A stretch of 64,000 nucleotides of DNA, from positions 32,001-96,000 of the forward strand of contig CBDFKD010000001.1 of NCBI GenBank assembly GCA_965248695.1. Reading direction: 5' to 3'. Of this stretch, positions 9,991-18,646 are shown piece after piece. The DNA comes from Acidobacteriota bacterium. GTDB lineage: Bacteria; Acidobacteriota; UBA890; WLXD01. The translations under genes were made by a program, and so were the position numbers. The notes beneath the pieces are model-generated. The model ran no database searches and was not told the DNA's origin. It saw nothing but the letters and a program-made list of their open reading frames with translations. The stretch's first letter is position 1; every line of letters starts with the position of its first letter.

Positions 9991-10512
9991 ATGGCAAAGG
10001 TCGCGGTAGCGATGGTGAAGGCGCTCAACGCCCAGGTGGCGCGGGAGCTGCAGGCGAGCCACAACTACCTCGCCATGGCGGTGTACCTGGAGGGCCGGAG
10101 CCTGGAGCACCTGGCGGCGTTCTTCATACGCCAGGCCGACGAGGAGCGCGTCCACGCGATGAAGCTCGTAGCGTATCTCCAGGAGGTCGGTCAGGCCCCG
10201 GTCGTCCCGGCACTGAAGCGCCCGAAGGCCCGCTATTCCTCGGTCAGCGATGTGTTCAAGACATCGCTCAAACAGGAACAAGCGGTCACCAGGGCGATCC
10301 ACGAGCTCGTTGATTCGGCTCAGCGGAGCAAGGACTACGCTACATTCCAGTTCCTGCAATGGTTCGTTACCGAGCAGGTCGAAGAAGAGGCGTCGTTTGG
10401 CAAGCTGATCGACGTGATCGAGATGTCGCAGAACGTCCTGCAAGTGGAGCATTACGTGCGCCACATGATGGGCGGGCCGGCGGAGTCGGGCGGCGATTCG
10501 TCAGACGGCTAG
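9991..10512 (+). CDS. ftnA: Non-heme ferritin
   Basis: ALNAQVAREL, QADEERVHA, LKQEQAVT, FLQWFVTEQVEEE ferroxidase pattern. Confidence 0.9.
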   Translation: MAKVAVAMVKALNAQVARELQASHNYLAMAVYLEGRSLEHLAAFFIRQADEERVHAMKLVAYLQEVGQAPVVPALKRPKARYSSVSDVFKTSLKQEQAVTRAIHELVDSAQRSKDYATFQFLQWFVTEQVEEEASFGKLIDVIEMSQNVLQVEHYVRHMMGGPAESGGDSSDG

Positions 10513-11492
10513 TCCGCGACGCTATCTCTCTGGTTCGCGCCGCCACGTGCGCTGGCCCAGGCCGCCAGTCCGGGAAGCAGCGCGATCAGCAGCGTGATTG
10601 GCGAAACCAGGAACGAGATCGCCGCCGCCGGGGCATGCCCCATGAGCCCGAGCCAGGTTGCCGCGTAGGCAAAGCCACCCTGCTCCACGCCGATGCCGGC
10701 GGCCGAGATCGGCAGCCGTGCCACCAGATAGACGATCGGCACGACGGCCGCCATCTCGACCATGGTGGTTGGCACATCGAGCGCCGCCGCTGCTGCCAGA
10801 TAGGTAGCGATCGGGAAGAGTCCCTCCAGCAAGGTCAGTAGCAGGAATACCCAGATCTCACGCGGGTGATCCCGCCAGCTGGCGTACTCGCCGGCCAGCG
10901 CCCCGAGTTTCCCGGGCAGCCCGGGGCGCTGCCCGAGTCGGGCGTGTGCGCCGGCTGCGATCCTGAAGGACAGCGGCAGGCTCAGGCTGAGCACCAGCAC
11001 CGCAGCGGCCGCCGATACCATCAAGGTCGAGCCCTCGATCGGTACCTGCATTTGAAGCGCCAGGATGAGCCCCACGCTGAAGGCGCAGAACACCGCCTGC
11101 GCCAGAGCGCCCAGGGCCCGCTCCAGTGCGATGGAAGCGATCAGCGTATCCGTGCGAACCGGACCGTCGCGCATGACGCCGATGCGCACGACGTCCGCAC
11201 CGACCGTCATGGGCAAGAAGATGCTCGCGAACGAAGACACGTAGTAGGCGCGCGTGGCCTCGCCGAGACCCACGTCGACACCCTTTGCGAGCAGCAACCG
11301 GCGCCACTTGTAGGCCATCAGCAGCCGATCGCCGGTGTGCAGCAGCACGACGACGGCGGCGCCCGCCAGCGACACTCGCCCGAGGTTGGCGGCCACCTCG
11401 CCGAGCCCGGCACGCCACAGCACCAAGGCCACCAGGCCAAAACTCACGGCCATGCGCACCGCGAGCTGGAGACGTCGCGGACTCCGGCTCAT
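10509..11492 (-). CDS. Lysylphosphatidylglycerol synthase TM / flippase-like membrane protein (UPF0104)
   Basis: Multi-TM; KWRRLL, FLPMTVGADVVR, LPISAAGIGVEQG; shares a CTAG stop overlap with ferritin. Confidence 0.8.
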   Translation of the reverse strand: MSRSPRRLQLAVRMAVSFGLVALVLWRAGLGEVAANLGRVSLAGAAVVVLLHTGDRLLMAYKWRRLLLAKGVDVGLGEATRAYYVSSFASIFLPMTVGADVVRIGVMRDGPVRTDTLIASIALERALGALAQAVFCAFSVGLILALQMQVPIEGSTLMVSAAAAVLVLSLSLPLSFRIAAGAHARLGQRPGLPGKLGALAGEYASWRDHPREIWVFLLLTLLEGLFPIATYLAAAAALDVPTTMVEMAAVVPIVYLVARLPISAAGIGVEQGGFAYAATWLGLMGHAPAAAISFLVSPITLLIALLPGLAAWASARGGANQRDSVAD

Positions 11493-11677
11493 GCTTTCTG
11501 TTGCTCCGGCGCTAGCGTCCGCATACGCTCCCACCCCCTGAGGTCGCTCGGCACCAATCCTACCGGAATGACCCGATCAGCCCAGTTCGCTCGGAGACAA
11601 CCCGGAGATGACCGGACTTCCCCTGCCGGCGTACATCCGGGCCGTTGCGTTACGGACGAATGTGCGACGCGATTGCG

Positions 11678-13399
11678 TCACGATGCTCCTTCGGAATGCG
11701 GCTTCAGGAGAACGTCGCCCGCCAGCGCTCCGGTGTGGCGACCCTCATCGATCGAGATCACCCCGTTCACCAGCACGAGCTTCACGCCGGTGGCGTACTG
11801 GTGAGCGTCGGCGTACGTGGCGTGGTCGGAGATTGTTGTGGCGTCGAAGACGACCACGTCCGCCTTGAAGCCCTCCAGCAGCAGGCCTCGGTCCTTCATG
11901 CCCAGAAACTGCGCCGGCAGCGAGGTCATCTTGCGCACGGCGTCGGGGAGGGTCAGCAGACCCTCGTCGCGAACGAAGCGACGCAGCACGATCGATTGAC
12001 TGGCGTACGACCGCGGATGGGCGCGTACCGGTGGGGCGCCGTCGTTCACGGGGGCGAAGCCCTCGCCGTCGCTGCTGATCATCACCCAGTCCTGAGGGAG
12101 CGCGTGCTGCATGTCGTCGGGCGATTGCGATGCCGCAGCGTAAAGAATGTCTGGCTCGTCGAGGATCAGGTCGGCGACGATGTCGAAGCCATCCCTGCCT
12201 TGATCCTCCATCAGCTCGTCGATCGTCCTGTCGAGCAGTTCGGGGTGCTTCTCGGTGACCTTGATGCGGAAGTCATGCCACCCCCAGCGCGCTACCCAGC
12301 TGGGATCCGTCCGCCGGGGCTCATAGGTGGAGGCGCGAAGCCGGGCACGCATGGCGTCATCGCCAAGGGCGCGCTGTAACTCCGCCACGAACTGGCGCCG
12401 GATCGCGTCGCGTTCCTGCACCGAGACGTCGGCGCTGCGCTCGCTGCGCCGCATCCGGCGACGCAAGTCGGCCAGCGGAACCAGATCGGTGGGAACGTCG
12501 ACCAGATCGGTGATGAAATCGATCGGAGCGCCCTGCAAGAAAGGGTATTGATCGGCGGTGATTGGCACACCGCGAGCCCGTGCCTCGTTGACCATGGCCA
12601 CGACGCGGCGCATCTCGTCCCAGTTGTCGCGACCGGTGGCCTTCAGGTGAGTGATCTGCACCGGCACGCCGGTATCTTCGCCGATGCGGATGATCTCGTC
12701 GGCGGCCTCGAGGATGCTCCCCGCCTCGTCGCGCATGTGCGAGATATACACGCCGCCGAACTCCGCCACGGGCTCGCTGACCGCGACGACCTCCTCGGTG
12801 CTGACGTGGATATTGAGGCCGCCGTACTCGAGCCCGGTGCTGATGCCCCAGGCGCCCTCGCTCATTCCCTGGCTCACCAGCGACCTCATGCGGGCGATCT
12901 CTTCAGGGGTCGCGGGGCGCTGATCATCGTCGCCCATCACCTCGCGCCGGATGCGGTTGAACGGCGCCATCATGACGGCGTTGGCGCCGATTCCACCGGC
13001 CTCCCAGCGCGCCTTGGTCGCCGCGATTCGGAAGCTGCCCGAGCCGTCGCTTCCGGTGCGCACCGTGGTGACGCCCTGAATCAGGTAATTGAGGATGGCG
13101 TTGGCCTCGGTGCTCTCGAAGGCGTCGTCGACGTGAGTGTGCAGATCGATGAAGCCCGGTGCCACCACCATCCCGTCCGCATCGATCCTCCGGGAGGCAC
13201 CGCGGCTCGAGAGGTTGCCAATCTCGGCGATCGTGTCGCCGCGGATACCGACGTCGGCGACGAACCACGGGTTGCCGGTGCCGTTGACGATGCGGCCGTT
13301 GATGATCAGCAGGTCGAAGTCGGCGGCCGGAATCTGCGCGCTGGCGGTCGGAGCGATCGAGGCGGCGACGACAGCCAGAACAAGTGTGCGAGATCTCAT
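11678..13399 (-). CDS. N-acyl-D-amino-acid deacylase family amidohydrolase, secreted
   Basis: APGFIDLHTH, QGVTT, ISHMRDE, HPRSY, AVRKMTSLPA, GFKADVVVFD. Confidence 0.9.
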   Translation of the reverse strand: MRSRTLVLAVVAASIAPTASAQIPAADFDLLIINGRIVNGTGNPWFVADVGIRGDTIAEIGNLSSRGASRRIDADGMVVAPGFIDLHTHVDDAFESTEANAILNYLIQGVTTVRTGSDGSGSFRIAATKARWEAGGIGANAVMMAPFNRIRREVMGDDDQRPATPEEIARMRSLVSQGMSEGAWGISTGLEYGGLNIHVSTEEVVAVSEPVAEFGGVYISHMRDEAGSILEAADEIIRIGEDTGVPVQITHLKATGRDNWDEMRRVVAMVNEARARGVPITADQYPFLQGAPIDFITDLVDVPTDLVPLADLRRRMRRSERSADVSVQERDAIRRQFVAELQRALGDDAMRARLRASTYEPRRTDPSWVARWGWHDFRIKVTEKHPELLDRTIDELMEDQGRDGFDIVADLILDEPDILYAAASQSPDDMQHALPQDWVMISSDGEGFAPVNDGAPPVRAHPRSYASQSIVLRRFVRDEGLLTLPDAVRKMTSLPAQFLGMKDRGLLLEGFKADVVVFDATTISDHATYADAHQYATGVKLVLVNGVISIDEGRHTGALAGDVLLKPHSEGAS

Positions 13400-13504
13400 G
13401 GGTCGAGTTGCCGTCGCCGAGCGGCGTGTCGGCGCGTCGCCATGCCTCGGTGAGGTGGAGCGATGCCGTATAGGATGCCGGCAGCCGGAGGGAGGAATTC
13501 GCGC

Positions 13505-14803
13505 ATGTCACTGCTGTCTGGCCGCATCGCGGCCCTGGGTACCGAGAACGCATTCAAGCTGGGTGTCGACATCCAGCGCTGCCTCGATCGTGGGATGGAG
13601 GTCATCAAGTTCAATCTGGGCGAGCCCGACTTCGACAGTGCCGAACACATCAACCGCGAGGCTATCGCACAGATCAATGCTGGAAATTCTCACTACTGCG
13701 ACCCTGCCGGAATCCCGCGGTTTCGCGAGAGCATTGCACAGCACGTCTCGAGCAGTCGCGGGATCGAGGTCGATGCCGACCGCGTGGTGGTCACTTCGGG
13801 TGCCAAGCCGCCGATCAGCTACGCGTTTCAAACCTACGTCGACGCCGGCGACGAGGTTATCTACCCGAGCCCGGGGTTCCCGATCTACGAGTCGTGGGTC
13901 ACGTACCTCGGCGCCGTGCCGGTGCCGTTGCAGCTGTCGGAGGAGGCGGGCTTCGCCTTCGACGCCGACGAGCTGGCGGCGCTGATCACCGAGCGTACCA
14001 AGCTGATCATCCTCTGCTCACCGTCGAACCCGACCGGAGGCGTGCTCTCCGACGAGGTCCTGGGTGAGATCGCAGCGGTGATTCGCGAGCGCTGCCGCCC
14101 GGAGGTCAGGATCTACACCGACGAGGTCTACGAGCACATCCTGTTCGACGGTGAGACACACCACAGCATTGCCTCCCACCCCGGGATGCCCGAGCGCACC
14201 GTCCTGGTAAGCGGCCACTCGAAAGGGTTCGCGATGACCGGATGGCGGCTGGGGTACGCGGTGTTGCCGACGGTCGAGGAGGCGGCGATCTTCAAGCAGC
14301 TCAACATCAACATCGTCTCCTGCGTGCCGGCGTTCATCCAGGAAGCCGGGCGCGAGGCGTATGAGAGCCCGGAGTCCGAGCGCACCGTGAGCGAGATGGT
14401 GCAGGCCTTCGAGAGACGCCGTGACTGGGTGGTCCCGGCTCTGGGTGACATCGACGGCATTCGCTGCCAGAATCCGAAGGGTGCCTTTTACGTGTTCCCG
14501 AACGTCGCCGGAGCCTGCGAGCGACTCGGGATTTTAGAGGCCCACGTGGCCATGGAGCCGCAGGCGCGGGCGCGCACGAGCCCCTCGGGGCTGCTGCAGA
14601 TGTTCCTCCTGTATCGCCACGGCGTGGCGACGATGGATCGTCCATCCTTCGGCGCGATCGGTGCCGAGGGCCAGCACTTCCTGAGGCTGTCCATCGCCAC
14701 CGGGATCGAGCAGATCAAGCGCGGTGTGGCGCGCATCGCCGAGGCGGTCGAGGATCCGCAGGGCTTCGCGAGATTCCTCGAGGAGGAGCGTCTGTGGGAC
14801 TGA
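13505..14803 (+). CDS. Class I/II aminotransferase (aspartate aminotransferase-like)
   Basis: GEPDF, SPSNPTG, DEVYE, SKGFAMTGWRLG, PKGAFY; GGAGG RBS. Confidence 0.9.
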   Translation: MSLLSGRIAALGTENAFKLGVDIQRCLDRGMEVIKFNLGEPDFDSAEHINREAIAQINAGNSHYCDPAGIPRFRESIAQHVSSSRGIEVDADRVVVTSGAKPPISYAFQTYVDAGDEVIYPSPGFPIYESWVTYLGAVPVPLQLSEEAGFAFDADELAALITERTKLIILCSPSNPTGGVLSDEVLGEIAAVIRERCRPEVRIYTDEVYEHILFDGETHHSIASHPGMPERTVLVSGHSKGFAMTGWRLGYAVLPTVEEAAIFKQLNINIVSCVPAFIQEAGREAYESPESERTVSEMVQAFERRRDWVVPALGDIDGIRCQNPKGAFYVFPNVAGACERLGILEAHVAMEPQARARTSPSGLLQMFLLYRHGVATMDRPSFGAIGAEGQHFLRLSIATGIEQIKRGVARIAEAVEDPQGFARFLEEERLWD

Positions 14804-14837
14804 GTCGTGTTTTCCGACGCCGCCCGGGAGGAGCCGT

Positions 14838-15872
14838 GTGAGTGATTCGAGGATCTTCGTGACCCGCAAGATGCCCGACCCTGGGATGACGATCCTCGCC
14901 GACTCAGAAGCGGTGATCACTCTCGGCACGGAGGTCGAGGCGGAGGGCCTGAGCCGGGAAGAGCTGTACGAGGGCGTGCGCGGCTGTGATGTGCTCGTGT
15001 CGTTGCTCACCGAGCAGGTCGACCGCGACCTGATGATGGTCAACGAGGGCCTGCTCGGCGTTGCCAACATGGCGGTGGGCTTCAACAACATCGACATCGC
15101 CGCGGCCACCGAGCTGGGGATCCCGGTATCCAACACTCCGGGCGTTCTGACCGACACCACAGCGGATCTGGCGTGGGCGTTGTTGCTGGCGGTGGCGCGG
15201 CAAATCCCGCAGGCCCACGAGTACATGGTGCGGGGCGACTACAAGCTCTGGGGGCCGAACCTCTTCCTCGGCGGCGACGTAAGCCCGGGGGCGAGTGGCG
15301 GGCGCAAGGTGTTGGGCATCGTCGGGTATGGGCGCATCGGCGCCGCAGTGGCCAAGCGGGCGCTCGGGTTCGACATAGACGTGCTGGCATTCGATCCCTA
15401 TGCCCGGAAGGCCATCGACGAATCGCAGTGGGCCAGCTGGGCCGACCTCGAAGAGCTCCTCGAGCGCAGCGACTTCGTCAGCCTGCATCCGCTGCTCACC
15501 GACGATACGCATCATCTGATCGGCGAGGCGGAGCTGCGCCGCATGAAGCCCACCGCCTATCTGGTCAACACCTCGCGAGGCCCGGTGGTGGACGAGGCGG
15601 CGCTCGTGTGCGCCCTCCGTGAGGGCTGGATTGCCGGCGCCGGACTCGATGTCTACGAGGACGAGCCGGCAATGGCGCCGGGCCTCGCCGAGCTGGACAA
15701 CGCCGTGCTGCTTCCGCATATCGCCAGCGCCTCGCTCGACACGCGCGGCAAGATGAGCGCCATGGCGGCAACCAACGGGCTGGCGCATCTGCGCCGCGAG
15801 CGCGCTGCCAACCCGGTCAACCCCGAGGTCTACGGCACAGAGCCCTATCGCCGACGTACGGGCGCTGTTTGA
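14838..15872 (+). CDS. D-glycerate dehydrogenase / glyoxylate reductase
   Basis: NTPGVLTDTTAD, GYGRIG, NTSRG, GLDVYEDEP, LPHIAS; GTG start after GGAGGAG. Confidence 0.9.
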   Translation: MSDSRIFVTRKMPDPGMTILADSEAVITLGTEVEAEGLSREELYEGVRGCDVLVSLLTEQVDRDLMMVNEGLLGVANMAVGFNNIDIAAATELGIPVSNTPGVLTDTTADLAWALLLAVARQIPQAHEYMVRGDYKLWGPNLFLGGDVSPGASGGRKVLGIVGYGRIGAAVAKRALGFDIDVLAFDPYARKAIDESQWASWADLEELLERSDFVSLHPLLTDDTHHLIGEAELRRMKPTAYLVNTSRGPVVDEAALVCALREGWIAGAGLDVYEDEPAMAPGLAELDNAVLLPHIASASLDTRGKMSAMAATNGLAHLRRERAANPVNPEVYGTEPYRRRTGAV

Positions 15873-15918
15873 TCTCGCTGGCGTCGCCGAGTCATCCCCG
15901 CGATGGCCAACCGCGAAC

Positions 15919-17076
15919 TTAGAGATCCGCGAGCGCAGCCATCCGGTCCAGGGCCAGACCGCGGCACCACATCCAGAACGCCCCGAATCCCAGCAACGAG
16001 ACGGTTGGCGCTACCAGTCGGCCAACGTGCGGCAGACTCGATAGCAGTCCGAGCAAGAGCAGGCCGATCAACAGGGGCAAGGTCCGGGCCGCGGCCCCGC
16101 TCAGCTCGGCGCCCCGCAGCAAGCGCTCCCCGACAGTCGAACCGACGATGACCGGAGCGACGACGCCGACCATGGCGGCGACGACGATGGTCACCAGTCC
16201 TGCGGCCACCAGCCCGAGGCCGAGGGCCGGCCACAGCAGGCTCCACAGACCTGCCACGCCGAGGACGAGGCCAATCACTCCCGTCAGGAGCACCACCAGG
16301 AGCCCAGAGGCGATGACGCCGACGGCTGCAATGGCCCCCTGACGCAGCACTCCCAAGGGTGAATGCTCGAGCTCGAGGCGCAGCCGGCGCGGCCACTCCG
16401 GGACAAGCCGAATCAGCAGCATCCCGGCGAGCATCAGCACAGCAACTCTCCTGGCTTGGCGGCCGAGGTCGACGCGGGACGCCTGAGCTGCCGCACCGTC
16501 GGTCGGAGTGCCTTCGTCGGCGTGAACGCTGCCGGCGATGCTTCCGGCGACGCTTCCGGGCAACGCCACTTCCGACGCCTCGACCACCGCGTTGCCGCCG
16601 ATGTCGCCGGCCAGGCGTGCCTGGTACCCCGCCAGTAGCAGGTCGCCATCGATCCTGCTCCCGGTCTCGGCAACGAAACCGAAGCCACCGGCCAACACGG
16701 CGTCCCCGACCCGCGCTTCCGAGTTCAACGTGAGCATCCAGCCGGCGGCGCGAAGATCGTCGCCGACGGTGCCGTTGATGATCACCGACCCGCCGCAGGC
16801 GGTGAGGTCGCCGCCCACGGTGCCGTTGAGCGTGATCAGAGCCCCATGCGCCATGACGTCGCCGGTGACGGTTCCGTCGATGACGATGGTCGTGCCCAGC
16901 ACGTAGAGATCGCCTTCGATCACTTCGCCGGCGCGCACTACCACGGTGTCTCCGATGCGGTGCTCGAGCGCCACGACAGGGTTCGGCGTGAGGGTCATGA
17001 GCACCGCTGCCGCCCCCTGCACGAGGCTCCGCAAAGCACCTCGACGGAGGCCCTGGCGGATCTTGTCGGCGCTCAT
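15919..17076 (-). CDS. Bactofilin-like (polymer-forming cytoskeletal) repeat protein with C-terminal multi-TM domain
   Basis: Repeated IDGTVTGDV / LNGTVGGDL / INGTVGDDL beta-helix motifs, then several hydrophobic helices. Confidence 0.8.
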   Translation of the reverse strand: MSADKIRQGLRRGALRSLVQGAAAVLMTLTPNPVVALEHRIGDTVVVRAGEVIEGDLYVLGTTIVIDGTVTGDVMAHGALITLNGTVGGDLTACGGSVIINGTVGDDLRAAGWMLTLNSEARVGDAVLAGGFGFVAETGSRIDGDLLLAGYQARLAGDIGGNAVVEASEVALPGSVAGSIAGSVHADEGTPTDGAAAQASRVDLGRQARRVAVLMLAGMLLIRLVPEWPRRLRLELEHSPLGVLRQGAIAAVGVIASGLLVVLLTGVIGLVLGVAGLWSLLWPALGLGLVAAGLVTIVVAAMVGVVAPVIVGSTVGERLLRGAELSGAAARTLPLLIGLLLLGLLSSLPHVGRLVAPTVSLLGFGAFWMWCRGLALDRMAALADL

Positions 17077-17471
17077 TCGTCTTCACCTTCTGCAGCCATC
17101 GTCGCGTCGCCTTCGGCATTCGTCGTCGTGTCACCGTACCCCTGACCCAGCAGATCCTCGATGAACGCCGTCGCTGCATCCGGTCCACGGACAGCGAGTC
17201 GAATGGGGCCGCTCTCGGATTCGAACGACAGTTCGAACGTCAACGTCGGGCAACAACGGCGCTCCATGTCGATGAGACGAACAAGCTGGGGGAGTAGATC
17301 GACTGTCCTGTCGTCGCCGGGAAACTCGAGCACGTGGCCGTCATCCAGCTCGCGCAGGCGCCGCGTTCGTTGCAATAGCTCCAGGATCTGCTGCCGTCGC
17401 CGGGGTAGCTCCTTAGCGCTCAAGCTGCATACGGAACGCATCTCATCTGCCGCGGTCGGGTCCGTCGCCAT
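17073..17471 (-). CDS. Small Cys-motif protein typical of MerR-associated loci (CSL...ERRCC)
   Basis: GGAGG RBS; VCSLSAKEL...IDMERRCCPTLTFEL...LAVRGP; ATGA overlap with the next gene. Confidence 0.75.
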   Translation of the reverse strand: MATDPTAADEMRSVCSLSAKELPRRRQQILELLQRTRRLRELDDGHVLEFPGDDRTVDLLPQLVRLIDMERRCCPTLTFELSFESESGPIRLAVRGPDAATAFIEDLLGQGYGDTTTNAEGDATMAAEGEDE

Positions 17472-17544
17472 CTCGCCTCCTGTTGCTGGCACGAATCGGG
17501 GCTCCCCGACCCGCCTGTCGTGGGATCGCTCGTCTGCAGGTGCT

Positions 17545-17575
17545 ACGCTAGAACTTAAAGTCAACTTCAAGTCAA
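17545..17575 (-). promoter_or_regulatory. MerR/SoxR-type promoter with 19-bp spacer and sox-box-like dyad
   Basis: Minus strand TTGACT-19 nt-TAGCGT; overlapping dyad ACTTGAAGT-TG-ACTTTAAGT, 13/18 to the sox box CCTCAAGTTAACTTGAGG. Confidence 0.85.
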
Positions 17576-17597
17576 GAGGCTTGTGAGGGACCGTGCG

Positions 17598-17984
17598 ATG
17601 AGCGTGATGAGAATCGGCGAGGTTGCCGAGAAGGCGGGCCTGCGGACCTCGGCGTTGCGATACTACGAGCGCGTCGGATTGTTGCCGGCGCCGATGCGGC
17701 AGAGCGGCCAGCGCCGTTACACGGAGGAGGTGTTGACGCGACTGGCGGGGATCAAGGTGGCGCAGCAGGCGGGCTTCTCCGTCGAGGAGATCAAGCAGCT
17801 GTTCTACGGCTTTCGGCAACACGCGGCACCGTCGGAGCGCTGGGCCGACCTGGCTCGCGCCAAGCTGCCGCAGATCGAGGCGCTGATGCTCCGTACCGAA
17901 GCGATGAAGGCGCTGCTGGAAAAAGGAATCCGCTGTGGCTGCAGCTGCCTCGACGAGTGCGACCTGATCGAGAACGAATCGTGA
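17598..17984 (+). CDS. MerR-family regulator, SoxR-like
   Basis: MRIGEVA, ALRYYERVGL, SGQRRY, IKVAQQAGFS, C-terminal CGCSCLDEC. Confidence 0.88.
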   Translation: MSVMRIGEVAEKAGLRTSALRYYERVGLLPAPMRQSGQRRYTEEVLTRLAGIKVAQQAGFSVEEIKQLFYGFRQHAAPSERWADLARAKLPQIEALMLRTEAMKALLEKGIRCGCSCLDECDLIENES

Positions 17985-18343
17985 GCGCGGCGTCGACGGC
18001 GCGTGCGTTCGCAGTGGATGAGCAACACCAGAACGGTGAAGCCGTCTACGCTCGGGCCCCCGCGTACCGCTTGGCGGGTCTTGATTTTCGCCGTCGCGAT
18101 AGTCGGCCTCCGCTGGTGATCTACGACCTCGAGGGCAACCCGGTACATCGGTTCGCCGAGGGCTATCACCGGGTATTCCAGCCGGTCTGGTCGCCCGACG
18201 GCCGGTCGATTGCCTACGCCGCGCGCCGGCGAGAGGGGGAGGGCGCCGAGATCTTCGTCGAGGGTGTCCTGACGTTGCCTGCCGGTGACGGATCGGCGGA
18301 GCCACGCTGGCCACCTGGCCTCAGTGCCCAAGAGAGGACTTGA
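17981..18343 (+). pseudogene. TolB/PD40 repeat fragment
   Basis: Single PVWSPDGRSIAY repeat, no signal peptide, stop codon lies inside the tRNA-Leu duplicate. Confidence 0.5.
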
Positions 18344-18381
18344 ACCTCCACGAGCCTAAGCTCACTAGGTCTGAACTTAGC
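18323..18381 (-). repeat. Displaced 3' part of tRNA-Leu (att junction)
   Basis: 18323-18352 identical over 30 bp to 21051-21080; similarity resumes through the anticodon arm (cactaggtc-tgaacttagc vs cactaggtcctgaacctagc). Confidence 0.93.
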
Positions 18382-18646
18382 TGGAGCGTCCTGATCAGGA
18401 TTGCGGACCATTGTGAAATAGAGGGAATCGCTAGCAACGGCGCATGGTTGCGCGGCTTTGCCGAGTGCGCAGGTTTGCGAAGCAGTGTGAAGCGATGCAA
18501 CGGCTGGTTGGTGCGACTCTTGCTGACAGGTCCCCAGGACTCACGAGTCTCAGCTCAAGGTTCATTGTGGAACATTGTTTCGCCACCCTGCCGGCCTCAG
18601 TAGCTCAGGCGAGAGCAGTTGGCTCGCAAGCCCCGGCGGCGGGCCG

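Noticed and set aside
17073-18314. 413-aa minus-strand ORF
   Set aside because: Only the last 132 aa (from 17471) have an RBS, promoter and recognisable motifs; the rest is antisense to the MerR gene
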